64,000 nucleotides of DNA from Bacteroidota bacterium (lineage in GTDB: Bacteria > Bacteroidota > Bacteroidia > Bacteroidales > FEN-979): contig JBAXOB010000014.1 in NCBI GenBank assembly GCA_037133475.1, positions 8,298 through 72,297 on the forward strand, in the 5' to 3' direction. Positions 29,252-38,293 of this stretch are shown here, one piece after another (the first letter of the stretch is position 1; the number at the start of each line of letters is the position of its first letter). The position numbers and the translations under genes are program-made. The notes under the pieces were generated by a model. The model saw nothing but the letters and a program-made list of their open reading frames with translations, was not told where the DNA came from and did no database searches.

Positions 29252-29319
29252 AAGTGTGAATCATGTAAGTAAATTCAATAAATATGTAACAATTAAGAAC
29301 TTACGGGTGCCCATCTTTG
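29252..29319 (+). promoter_or_regulatory. Regulon promoter cassette 9 (OmpA/MotB lipoprotein)
   Basis: AAGTGT GAATCATGTAAG-N9-TAAATATGTAAC-N21-CATCTTTG. Confidence 0.88.
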
Positions 29320-29349
29320 CACCTTGTTACTTACCTAAAAAAACAACCC

Positions 29350-30144
29350 ATGAAAAAACGAATTCTCGGCCTTGCATTTCTATCCCTTATTATGAGCATG
29401 GCTTTCATCTCCTGTGTATCAAATGCAAAATTCCTGGCCTCGGAAGCCAATGGCGCCAAACTCCAAAAGGAGAATTCCGACAAACAAAACCAGCTGATCG
29501 AGTGCACAGCCCAGGCAAAGAGGCTAAAGGATGAAAAAACCTCCCTGCAGGGTGAAAACGCATCCGTTCAAAATGACCTGAAGGCCCTGACTACCGAATC
29601 AAAAATGACCATTGCCGACCAGGCAAAAAGGTTGAAAAACCTGCAGTCGATGATCCAGTCGCAGCATGATGTCATGACAAGGCTTCAGAATTCAATTGCG
29701 GAGGCATTGCTTAACTACAAGGCCGATGAACTTTCGGTCTATGTTAAAGATGGTAACGTTTATGTGTCGCTTGAGGAGAAGCTGCTTTTCAAATCAGGCA
29801 GCGATGTGGTGAACCCCCAGGGCAAAGAGGCGCTGAAATCACTGGTCAAAGTGCTTAACAGCACGAAGGATATCACCGTTATGATTGAAGGACATACCGA
29901 CAACATCCCCATCAAAACAAAGCAGTTTGAGGACAACTGGGATTTAAGCACCGCAAGGGCCACCTCGATCGTACGGATCATGACCAATGACTATGGCTTC
30001 GACCCCATCCACATCACGGCATCAGGCAGGGGCAAATTTCATCCTGTGAAAACAAACGAAACAGCTGAAGGCCGCGCAGGAAACCGCAGAACGGAAGTGA
30101 TCCTATCTCCCGACCTGAAGGAGCTTTATAAGCTGCTGTATTAA
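29350..30144 (+). CDS. OmpA/MotB-domain lipoprotein
   Basis: Lipobox FISC, coiled coil, LLFKSGS..IEGHTDN..NWDLSTARA..NRRTEVIL. Confidence 0.9.
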   Translation: MKKRILGLAFLSLIMSMAFISCVSNAKFLASEANGAKLQKENSDKQNQLIECTAQAKRLKDEKTSLQGENASVQNDLKALTTESKMTIADQAKRLKNLQSMIQSQHDVMTRLQNSIAEALLNYKADELSVYVKDGNVYVSLEEKLLFKSGSDVVNPQGKEALKSLVKVLNSTKDITVMIEGHTDNIPIKTKQFEDNWDLSTARATSIVRIMTNDYGFDPIHITASGRGKFHPVKTNETAEGRAGNRRTEVILSPDLKELYKLLY

Positions 30145-30282
30145 TATATTTTTTTCTGCGGAATCCCCCTGATAACTTATAATAAAACTGTGAACGATCA
30201 TGCAGGTCAATACCGGACGGTCGGAAAACAAAACAAGGATCGAATAATAATAACTAAAGTTAATTTTACTAATATCCACAAA

Positions 30283-30855
30283 ATGAAAAATTCAGCAATC
30301 ATTCTTCTTTTCTTCATATTCGCAGCAGGAATCTCAGTTGAGACAGTCAGCGGGCAGGGGCCCGTCAACCCTGCCGGCGCCGGAAACGGCATCCTGGGAT
30401 TCGGCTTTGGTCCCGGTATCCCCTATTTCGGGGGGAGCGGTTTTGGTCCTGCCATCCTGGTGCATTACGACCAGAGCATCTGGCGCGCAGGTCCCGGGAG
30501 CGTTAGCCTCGGCGGCCAAATGGGAGTCTCCTTTTTCTCGACCGATTTTACCCACAGGGGAGATCCCTATACCAACAGGTGGACAAACGTCGGCATTGTG
30601 TTCAGGTCGGCCTACCATTATGGCTGGAAAGTGCGCGGGCTCGACACCTACGCCGGTTTTGGGGCAGGTACGCTGTTCAACATGTACCGGAATACCGAGT
30701 ATGGTGCACCGATTAATGATACCCAGGTCGGCTTCCTGCCAACCTGCTTTATCGGAGGAACCTATTTTTTCAACAATGTCATCGGGATGAATGCCGAATT
30801 CGGGTATAATTTCGCAATTGCCTCCATCGGGCTGGACTTCCGGTTTTCCAGGTAG
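30283..30855 (+). CDS. Small outer-membrane beta-barrel protein
   Basis: Signal peptide; alternating aromatic strands, AEFGYN..IGLDFRF C-terminus. Confidence 0.8.
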   Translation: MKNSAIILLFFIFAAGISVETVSGQGPVNPAGAGNGILGFGFGPGIPYFGGSGFGPAILVHYDQSIWRAGPGSVSLGGQMGVSFFSTDFTHRGDPYTNRWTNVGIVFRSAYHYGWKVRGLDTYAGFGAGTLFNMYRNTEYGAPINDTQVGFLPTCFIGGTYFFNNVIGMNAEFGYNFAIASIGLDFRFSR

Positions 30856-30888
30856 TTCGGGATACCTTTACGGTAAAATTTCAATTTC

Positions 30889-30921
30889 GGCTGCTTCTGG
30901 TTTACAGGGGCAGCCTTTTTT
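30889..30921 (+). terminator. Rho-independent terminator
   Basis: GGCTGCTTCTG-gttta-CAGGGGCAGCC followed by T6. Confidence 0.8.
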
Positions 30922-31017
30922 GATTTCCCCCTTGACATCATGAATTCAACCCCCGGTGAATCATTCGCAACACATTGCTTCCGAACGGGTCACAGGCAGC
31001 AGCCAGGGCATCGCGCA

Positions 31018-31085
31018 ATGTGTGAATGATGCAAAATATTCGAAAAATTATGTAACGGCCACCGGCCGGGCCGGGCATACCTTTG
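31018..31085 (+). promoter_or_regulatory. Regulon promoter cassette 10 (lmo0937-like, AI-2E)
   Basis: ATGTGT GAATGATGCAAA-N9-AAATTATGTAAC-N21-TACCTTTG. Confidence 0.92.
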
Positions 31086-31125
31086 TCAATACAAAACCTT
31101 ATTCACTTTTACTAAACCACATATC

Positions 31126-31281
31126 ATGGGAAATTTACTTTACATCATCGCGGTTATTCTTGTCATCGCCTGGGCTATCGGGTTCTTTGCTTACAGCTTC
31201 GGAGGCATCGTGCACATCCTGCTGGTCATTGCCCTGATCGCAGTTATCCTGAGAGTCATCCAGGGAAGAAATGTTTTATAA
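31126..31281 (+). CDS. lmo0937-family (DUF5670) small membrane protein, 51 aa
   Basis: Below the ORF-track cutoff; MGNLLYIIAVILVIAWAIGFFAYSFGGIVHILLVIALIAVILRVIQGRNVL. Confidence 0.9.
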   Translation: MGNLLYIIAVILVIAWAIGFFAYSFGGIVHILLVIALIAVILRVIQGRNVL

Positions 31282-31320
31282 CATCCCTGTAGCTATAATT
31301 AATTCAGAATCCATCACATC

Positions 31321-32421
31321 GTGATAACCAAAGAAGTAACCTTTCCGTTTTACCTCAGGGCCACCATTTTACTGGTGGGATTATTGGCACTCGTTGCCTT
31401 CCTGTACCTGGCCCAGCGGATCATTGTCCCGATCGTGTTTGCGACCATTGTAGCCATCCTGCTGCAGCCGGTTGTGAACATTTTCGTCAGGATAAAACTG
31501 AACAGGATCATTGCCATCGCCATCACACTGGTCCTGACCTTCCTGGTTATTGCCGCCTTTTTTGCACTCCTGTTTTCACAGGCCAGCCGTTTCAGCGAAT
31601 CATGGCCGCTCCTGGTCGACAGGTTTACCGTTATCCTCAACCAATCGATCACATGGTACAGCGGGTATTTCGAAATCAATCCCAAACGGATCCATGAGTG
31701 GATTGCCGATTCCAGGGAGGAACTCATCAGCAGCAGCACCTCGGCGATCGGTCACACCCTCTACACGATTGGCAGCGGACTGATTGTCGTATTCCTGGTG
31801 CCGGTCTATATCTTTATGATCCTTTACTATCAGCCCCTCCTGCTTGATTTTATCCACAAGTTGTTTAACGAAAGCCACCAGGGACAGGTAGCCGAAATTG
31901 TGACAAAAATAAAGGGCGTTATCCAGCGATACCTTACAGGGCTGATCATTGAGGCGGTGATGATCGCCGTCATGGATGCCACGGCCTTGTTTATCATCGG
32001 AATCGATTACGCAATCCTGCTGGGCATCATCGGGGCGGTGCTGAACGTGATTCCCTACATAGGGGGAATCATCGCCGTGGCTTTGCCCATGATGATTGCC
32101 GTAGCCACCAAATCGACGGTATGGCCCGCCTTTTACGTTCTTGCCGCCTATTATTTCATCCAGATGGTTGACAACCATTATATCGTGCCGGTAATTGTAT
32201 CCTCCAAAGTGAAGATCAATGCCCTCTTTTCGGTTATCGTGGTCATTGCAGGAAATGCCCTGTGGGGAATTTCAGGCATGTTCCTGTCGATCCCGCTGCT
32301 GGCCATTGTAAAGCTCATTTTCGACCACATCGGCCCATTGAAGCCCTGGGGATTTCTGCTGGGCGACACCATGCCGGAGCTGATTACCTTCAAACCTTCC
32401 GGTAAAAAACTGAGAATTTAA
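31321..32421 (+). CDS. AI-2E family transporter
   Basis: LNVIPYIGG, QMVDNHYIVP, ALWGISGMFLSIPL. Confidence 0.92.
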   Translation: MITKEVTFPFYLRATILLVGLLALVAFLYLAQRIIVPIVFATIVAILLQPVVNIFVRIKLNRIIAIAITLVLTFLVIAAFFALLFSQASRFSESWPLLVDRFTVILNQSITWYSGYFEINPKRIHEWIADSREELISSSTSAIGHTLYTIGSGLIVVFLVPVYIFMILYYQPLLLDFIHKLFNESHQGQVAEIVTKIKGVIQRYLTGLIIEAVMIAVMDATALFIIGIDYAILLGIIGAVLNVIPYIGGIIAVALPMMIAVATKSTVWPAFYVLAAYYFIQMVDNHYIVPVIVSSKVKINALFSVIVVIAGNALWGISGMFLSIPLLAIVKLIFDHIGPLKPWGFLLGDTMPELITFKPSGKKLRI

Positions 32422-32528
32422 CTGTTACAAATAATTCGCAGTTGGTTGAAGGTTAAATTTACCGCAAGTTGCGCAGTGTTTCAGGCATTGTTGAAGGCAT
32501 AGCTATAAAGTTGACAAAGTCCTGAAAA

Positions 32529-32596
32529 TTGTGTGAATTATACAAATAATTTCAGGAATTGTGTAAAACTAAATCCTGTAATGTCCCCCAAATTTG
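32529..32596 (+). promoter_or_regulatory. Regulon promoter cassette 11 (araC-1, kinase, RR operon; putative autoregulation)
   Basis: TTGTGT GAATTATACAAA-N9-GAATTGTGTAAA-N21-CAAATTTG. Confidence 0.85.
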
Positions 32597-32751
32597 CACG
32601 ATATCTTGCGGGGTGCAGGACATGAACGTTCAACCTTGACTCAACTCATTTTTTCAGAACGGGTCATTTCACGAAAGCAGTGATCATAATGCCTTTTTTT
32701 TTCAGAATTACGGATGAAAAAGGGTATGCATTCCAAAAGAAAACAATCCGG

Positions 32752-33321
32752 ATGAAAATTTATATTAAATACATGGTGAGTATCCGCTGTAAAATGGTGG
32801 TAAAAACCATCCTGAAAAAACTGGGGCTCCATTTCATCGTGGTCGACCTGGGCGAAGTGGAGATCATGGAAACACTCAGCGGGGAGCAGCACAGCCAGCT
32901 GGCGGTTGCATTACACGATGCCGGGCTTGAACTGATGGATGACAAAAGAGCGGTCCTGATTGAAAAGATCAAGAAGGTCATTATTGAAATGGTGCATTAT
33001 TCCGATGAAATGATCAAGGTTAACTTTTCTGATTTTTTAAGTAAAAAACTAAATCATGACTACACCTACCTGGCCAACCTGTTTTCAGAGGTCCAGGGAA
33101 CTACGATCGAGCATTTTATTATCTCCCATAAAGTAGAACGAATAAAAGAGCTGATCATTTATGACGAGCTAAACATCACGGAAATAGCATGGAAGCTGAA
33201 TTACAGCAGCGTTGCCCATCTGTCGAACCAGTTTAAAAAAGTCACAGGCCTCTCCCCTTCCCATTTTAAACAGCTGAAGGATAAACGGCGAAACCCGATC
33301 GAGGATGTGGGAAATGATTAA
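32752..33321 (+). CDS. AraC family transcriptional regulator with short N-terminal HMA-like domain (paralog 1)
   Basis: MKIYIKYMVSIRCKMVV...YTYLANLFS..LNITEIAWKLNYSSVAHLSNQFKKVTGLSPS double HTH. Confidence 0.93.
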   Translation: MKIYIKYMVSIRCKMVVKTILKKLGLHFIVVDLGEVEIMETLSGEQHSQLAVALHDAGLELMDDKRAVLIEKIKKVIIEMVHYSDEMIKVNFSDFLSKKLNHDYTYLANLFSEVQGTTIEHFIISHKVERIKELIIYDELNITEIAWKLNYSSVAHLSNQFKKVTGLSPSHFKQLKDKRRNPIEDVGND

Positions 33322-33372
33322 CGGATATCTCATAAATATTAGACAAATTATATGGAAATAGCAAAATCTTTG
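33305..33372 (+). promoter_or_regulatory. Degenerate 16th cassette at the araC-1 3' end
   Basis: ATGTGG GAAATGATTAAC-N9-ATAAATATTAGA-N21-AATCTTTG; spacing exact, boxes decayed. Confidence 0.35.
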
Positions 33373-36036
33373 GACTCGCAGTACACCAGGAGTTTGATGG
33401 AAACCTGCCTGGATCCCCTCGTGACCATCAACGAGAAGGGCCAGATAACCGACATGAACGCGGCATTGGTGACCATTACAGGAATTTCGCGTCAAAACCT
33501 GTCCGGAACAAACTTCTGCGATTGCTTTACCGAACCCGGTCATGCCACGGCGCTGTATATGGAAATTTTCACAAAGGGATCTGTTGGCGGGTCACATCTT
33601 TCACTTGTCAATCCTAAGGGTGCAATTTCCGAAGTGCTGATCAACGGCTCTGTTTACAAGGATAAAAATGGGATCGTACTGGGTGCCGTGGTAGTTGCCC
33701 GTGACATTGCCGGGCAAAAGCGGGCGCAGGAGCTGGTTATCGCCAACAGGGAACTTGCCTTCCAGAACGATGAAAAGGAAAAGCGTGCCCAGGAACTGAT
33801 CGTCGCAAACAAGGAACTTGCCTTCCAGAACGATGAAAAGGAAAAGCGTGCCCAGGAGCTGATCATCGCCAACAAGGAACTGGCCTTCCAGAACGATGAA
33901 AAGGAAAAGCGTGCCCAGGAGCTGATCATCGCGAATAAAGAGCTGGCCTTCCAGCACACCGAAAAGGAAAAAAGGGCTGCAGAACTGATCATTGCCAATA
34001 AAGAGCTGGCCTTTCTGAATGTCGAAAAAGAGAAACGGGCAGCAGAACTGATTATTGCCAACTATGCCCGCAGCCTGATTGAAGCAAGCCTTGATCCCTT
34101 GTTTACCATCAGCCTCGAAGGGAAAATCACCGATATGAACAAGGCTTCGGTTGATATTACCGGCGTGGCGCGTGAAAAATTGCTGGGTTCCGATTTTTTC
34201 GACTATTTCACCGAACCGCAAAAGGCACGGGAAGTTTACCTGGAGGTCTTTGCCAATGGCTATGTGGCGGATTACCCGCTCACGATCAGGGATGGAAAAC
34301 TGACCGATGTCCTTTTCAACGGCTCTGTTTATACCGATGACCAGGGCGAGGTTATTGGCGTGGTGGTCGTTGCACGGGATATAACCGATCAAAAAAGGGT
34401 TGCAACGGAATTAACCGAGGCCATCGTGTTTGCCGAACTGGCCACCGGAATCGCCGAAGAGGCCAAGATCAAGGCCGAAAATGCCACCCTTATTGCAGAA
34501 AATGCGGTCAAGGCAAAACAGCAGTTCTTGTCGAACATGAGCCATGAAATCCGTACCCCGATGAATGCCATTATCGGTTTCACCAAGGTGCTGCTGAAAA
34601 CCGACCTGTCGGTCAAGCAGCGGGAATACCTGACTGCTATCAAAATGAGCGGCGACGCACTCATTGTGCTGATCAACGATATCCTCGACCTTGCCAAGGT
34701 GGATGCCGGCAAAATGATATTTGAGCAAACCCCTTTTAAAATTGCCCTTTCCATTTCCGCCATGCTGCACCTGTTCGACACTAAAATACAGGAAAAAAAC
34801 CTGCACCTGTTTAAAGAGTATGATGACCGTATCCCTGACGTATTGGTTGGCGACCCGGTCAGGCTGCACCAGATCATCCTGAACCTGGTCAGCAACGCCG
34901 TGAAATTCACCACCAAGGGGTCGATAACCGTGAGCGTCCATATGATCAAGGAGGATGCAGAAACCGTAACCATTGAATTTACCGTTTCAGATACCGGTAT
35001 AGGCATCGCAGAAAACAAGATTGACAAGATTTTTGAAAATTTCCAGCAGGCTTCGAGCGGCACGTCAAGGTTGTATGGTGGCACAGGCCTTGGTCTTGCC
35101 ATTTCGAAACAATTGGTTGAAGCCCAGGATGGGACGATCCGCGCCGAAAGCACGATCAATGTCGGCTCCACCTTCAGCTTTATCCTGTGTTTCCTGAAAA
35201 CCAAGGTGGAGGCCGAATCTGATATGCAGATCCTGGAACTTGACAGCGAGATTAAAAACATCAAAGTGCTGGTTGCCGAGGATATCCCCCTTAACCAATT
35301 ACTGATGAAGACATTGCTGGATGATTTTGGTTTTGAACGGGATATTGCGGCCAATGGGAAGATTGCGGTTGAAAAGCTCAGGGAGAAACCCTATGATATA
35401 ATCCTGATGGACTTGCAGATGCCCGAGATGAATGGGTTTGAGGCGACAGAATATATCCGCAGCACGCTGAAACTTCAAATTCCGATCATTGCGTTAACGG
35501 CCGATGTAACCACGGTTGACCTGGCCAAATGTAAAGCGGTTGGGATGAATGACTACATCGCCAAACCTGTAGATGAAAGGCTGCTTTACAGCAAAATTGT
35601 CGGGTTGGTAAAAAAACCCGGGCTAACCAAGGAACCTGATCTATCAGAAACGGAATTGATGACCGTTGCAAAGCCCAGGTGCACCGACCTGGAATACCTT
35701 ATGCGCCGTACAAAATCAAATCCCAAACTGATGATGGAGATGATTTCACTCTACCTGGAACAAACACCCCTGCTGATCACCATCATGAAGAAAAGTTTCA
35801 GGGAAAAAGACTGGACATCGCTGCATGCTGCGGTGCATAAGATGATCCCCTCTTTTGCGATTATGGGGATCAGCGTTGACTTTGAAAACATGGCAAAAAA
35901 AGTCCAGGACTATGCCGGGGTGCAACAGCAGGCCGAAAGCATGCTGGACCTGGTCAGGCAGCTTGGGAACGTATGCACACAGGCATGCGGCGAGCTGGAA
36001 GAGGAGTTTAACCGGATCAAAAACGATAACCCGTGA
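33352..36036 (+). CDS. Hybrid histidine kinase (PAS, coiled-coil repeats, PAS, HisKA, HATPase, REC, HPt)
   Basis: FLSNMSHEIRTPMNAI, GGTGLGL, LMDLQMP, C-terminal AAVHKMIPS HPt-like helix. Confidence 0.94.
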   Translation: MEIAKSLDSQYTRSLMETCLDPLVTINEKGQITDMNAALVTITGISRQNLSGTNFCDCFTEPGHATALYMEIFTKGSVGGSHLSLVNPKGAISEVLINGSVYKDKNGIVLGAVVVARDIAGQKRAQELVIANRELAFQNDEKEKRAQELIVANKELAFQNDEKEKRAQELIIANKELAFQNDEKEKRAQELIIANKELAFQHTEKEKRAAELIIANKELAFLNVEKEKRAAELIIANYARSLIEASLDPLFTISLEGKITDMNKASVDITGVAREKLLGSDFFDYFTEPQKAREVYLEVFANGYVADYPLTIRDGKLTDVLFNGSVYTDDQGEVIGVVVVARDITDQKRVATELTEAIVFAELATGIAEEAKIKAENATLIAENAVKAKQQFLSNMSHEIRTPMNAIIGFTKVLLKTDLSVKQREYLTAIKMSGDALIVLINDILDLAKVDAGKMIFEQTPFKIALSISAMLHLFDTKIQEKNLHLFKEYDDRIPDVLVGDPVRLHQIILNLVSNAVKFTTKGSITVSVHMIKEDAETVTIEFTVSDTGIGIAENKIDKIFENFQQASSGTSRLYGGTGLGLAISKQLVEAQDGTIRAESTINVGSTFSFILCFLKTKVEAESDMQILELDSEIKNIKVLVAEDIPLNQLLMKTLLDDFGFERDIAANGKIAVEKLREKPYDIILMDLQMPEMNGFEATEYIRSTLKLQIPIIALTADVTTVDLAKCKAVGMNDYIAKPVDERLLYSKIVGLVKKPGLTKEPDLSETELMTVAKPRCTDLEYLMRRTKSNPKLMMEMISLYLEQTPLLITIMKKSFREKDWTSLHAAVHKMIPSFAIMGISVDFENMAKKVQDYAGVQQQAESMLDLVRQLGNVCTQACGELEEEFNRIKNDNP
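33718..34062 (+). repeat. 63-bp coding tandem repeat, about 5.5 copies (EKEKRAQELIIANKELAFQND)
   Basis: Visible in both DNA and protein between the two PAS domains. Confidence 0.95.
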
Positions 36037-36136
36037 GACCCTGATCAAGGTTCACTCGTAGAGAAATGTGCCCGTAACGGGCTTAATCCCCAGAACAGGG
36101 GCCTAAATGATTCGCAAATAAATTAATCTGCAGATA

Positions 36137-36571
36137 ATGAAAACCGAAAATAAGATCAAATTGTTCCTGGTGGATGACGATGCCCTGTTTCTGAAATCAC
36201 TGGAAATTGAATTCCTGCAGCATGCCGACTTTGCCATTGAAACCTTTGCAACCGGCGAACTTTGTATAGCGGAATTATCGCACCTGCCGGATGTGATCAT
36301 CCTGGACTACATGCTCGACGGTATCGACAGGTTCGCCATGAACGGGATCGACACCCTCGATTTAATCAAGGCCTTCGACCCTGATATTCCTGTTGTCATG
36401 CTGTCATCGCAGGATAAAATCGAGGTCGCTGTGAATTGCATGCACCACAGGGCATTCGATTATGTGGTGAAAAGTGAAACTGCCTTCCTGCGGCTGCAGA
36501 AGATCATCTCCACAATTTTCAAGTACAAGAAAATGGAAAAGGAGTTGAACTGGTATATGGAGAGGATGTAA
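36137..36571 (+). CDS. Single-domain response regulator
   Basis: LVDDD, ILDY phosphoacceptor, MLSS, DYVVK; no output domain, only a short C-terminal helix. Confidence 0.93.
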   Translation: MKTENKIKLFLVDDDALFLKSLEIEFLQHADFAIETFATGELCIAELSHLPDVIILDYMLDGIDRFAMNGIDTLDLIKAFDPDIPVVMLSSQDKIEVAVNCMHHRAFDYVVKSETAFLRLQKIISTIFKYKKMEKELNWYMERM

Positions 36572-36749
36572 AACCTTCCCCTAAGATCAATGTTAACCCC
36601 CTTGTTGATCCGGCAGACCTGCATGCAAAATTGGTTCGCTGTAATACCTGAATTCCTGCAAGTTCCCTCCCGGGACGACCATTGAAGCAGGGTTCCAAAA
36701 TGTTTTATCCCTCCTACTTTTAACTGGCCTGTATCATTTCAAACCCGTT

Positions 36750-36817
36750 ATGTGTGAATCATGTAACATAATTTTGAAATTATATAACACATTCCGCATC
36801 ACCGCGAACGACCTTTG
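36750..36817 (+). promoter_or_regulatory. Regulon promoter cassette 12 (acidic protein, USP and downstream genes)
   Basis: ATGTGT GAATCATGTAAC-N9-AAATTATATAAC-N21-GACCTTTG. Confidence 0.92.
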
Positions 36818-36822
36818 TCATT

Positions 36823-37182
36823 ATGAAAACACAACATGACAAACCGGATTTGCCGGACCAGACCAACGATTGTAATATGAATACTGATTTCACAGGATAT
36901 CCCCTCTACCCTTCAAGTGAGGATATTTACAACAAGCTACGGGAGGAGCGGGATGTGAATCCCGAAGATATCGCCAAGGCCAAGGACCCTGATGAAACTG
37001 ACAATGCTGTATTCCCGTATGATTCCTCTATCAACACGGGTTTTCCCGGCAGCGAACTTGACGTTCCGGGTTCTGATCTGGATGACCTGATGGAGGAGGT
37101 GGGAGAAGAGGATGAGGAGAATAACTTTTACAGCCTGGCCAATAGCGAACAGGGTGAAACCGACGATGATAACTCAATGTAA
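36823..37182 (+). CDS. Acidic hypothetical protein
   Basis: GYPLYPSSEDIY..ELDVPGSDLDD..GEEDEENNFYSL; very Asp/Glu-rich. Confidence 0.82.
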   Translation: MKTQHDKPDLPDQTNDCNMNTDFTGYPLYPSSEDIYNKLREERDVNPEDIAKAKDPDETDNAVFPYDSSINTGFPGSELDVPGSDLDDLMEEVGEEDEENNFYSLANSEQGETDDDNSM

Positions 37183-37189
37183 AAAATAG

Positions 37190-37681
37190 ATGAAAATGGA
37201 AACTACCAAGAAAAAAACAGTACTGATTGCGCTGGATTATGATCCGACTGCAAAAAAAGTGGCCGAGGCGGGATTCTCAATGGCAAAGGCCATGAATGCA
37301 GAGGTGATCCTGCTTCATGTGATCTCTGATCCCGTTTACTATTCTTCCGTTGAATATTCCCCGATTATGGGATATTCAGGATACCTGGCCCTGGAACCAG
37401 TTGTGCTGGAAAGTGCCGAGGGTCTTAAAAATGCATCCCAGCAGTTCCTTGAAAAAACCCGTCACCACCTCGGAGACACAACCATTAAAATACGGGTCGA
37501 AGAGGGCGATTTCGGGGAAACCATCCTGAAAACAGCAAAGCAGCTCCATGCCGATATGATCGTGATGGGCTCGCACAGCCACCGCTGGCTCGACGAGATC
37601 CTGATGGGCAGTGTAACTGAAATGGTGCTGCATCACACCACCCTGCCCCTCTTTATCATTCCTACCAAAAAACGGAGTTAA
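37190..37681 (+). CDS. Universal stress protein (USP)
   Basis: VLIALDY..LLHV..ADMIVMGSH..LMGSVTE..PLFIIP. Confidence 0.93.
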   Translation: MKMETTKKKTVLIALDYDPTAKKVAEAGFSMAKAMNAEVILLHVISDPVYYSSVEYSPIMGYSGYLALEPVVLESAEGLKNASQQFLEKTRHHLGDTTIKIRVEEGDFGETILKTAKQLHADMIVMGSHSHRWLDEILMGSVTEMVLHHTTLPLFIIPTKKRS

Positions 37682-37786
37682 ATTTTGGTCAGATTGAGAG
37701 ACTGTTTACATATCATCAACAGAAATAAACAGACCCGGATCAACCGTTTTAGTTGAACCTTATACAAAACGCAAATTCAGGCAGCA

Positions 37787-37975
37787 ATGACAAGGAATAC
37801 CGCAAAACCCGGAGGATCTCCGGTATCGGGGCAGCCTGGCAACAGCGGGATGAACCAAAAAAACAAGGTCTCAGAAAAGCCTGCAGTCCGCTGCCCTAAA
37901 ACCCCGTCAACGGCATATGATACCGGCCGGAAATTCTGGCAGGCGCTGGGGATCTGGGCGTTTGACCATGACTGA
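37787..37975 (+). CDS. Small hypothetical protein
   Basis: 62-aa ORF with A-rich leader, co-oriented; no motif. Confidence 0.35.
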   Translation: MTRNTAKPGGSPVSGQPGNSGMNQKNKVSEKPAVRCPKTPSTAYDTGRKFWQALGIWAFDHD

Positions 37976-38007
37976 AAAATTAAGACAATTCATTAAAAAC
38001 TCATCAT

Positions 38008-38289
38008 ATGGAACCGATTAACATATTACACCTTGTTGAACCATCAGCAGGTACAGAAAAACAGAAGAAGACAACGACAGAAACCATTTTCAGGTTTCTA
38101 CTTTTTATTTTCATGCTGTCATGGGCAGCCTTACTGACATCGTGCTTCGTGGCCGTGCCCGTTTCGCGGCACCCGCCAAGGCCAGGTTTTATCATTGAGC
38201 AAAATGGCCATGATGAACATCATGACAACGGAAGGCATGAGGGGAGGAAAAACAAAGAAGAAAACCAGGAATACATCTCAACTCCATGA
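38008..38289 (+). CDS. Hypothetical membrane protein or lipoprotein with His-rich tail
   Basis: Hydrophobic segment ending LLTSC; [10 protein letters not shown] tail; stop 4 nt before the cbpA start. Confidence 0.6.
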   Translation: MEPINILHLVEPSAGTEKQKKTTTETIFRFLLFIFMLSWAALLTSCFVAVPVSRHPPRPGFIIEQNGHDEHHDNGRHEGRKNKEENQEYISTP

Positions 38290-38293
38290 CCTT

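Noticed and set aside
30952-30976. GGTGAATCATTCGCAAC resembling box 1
   Set aside because: No box 2 at +21 and no -7 element at +54.
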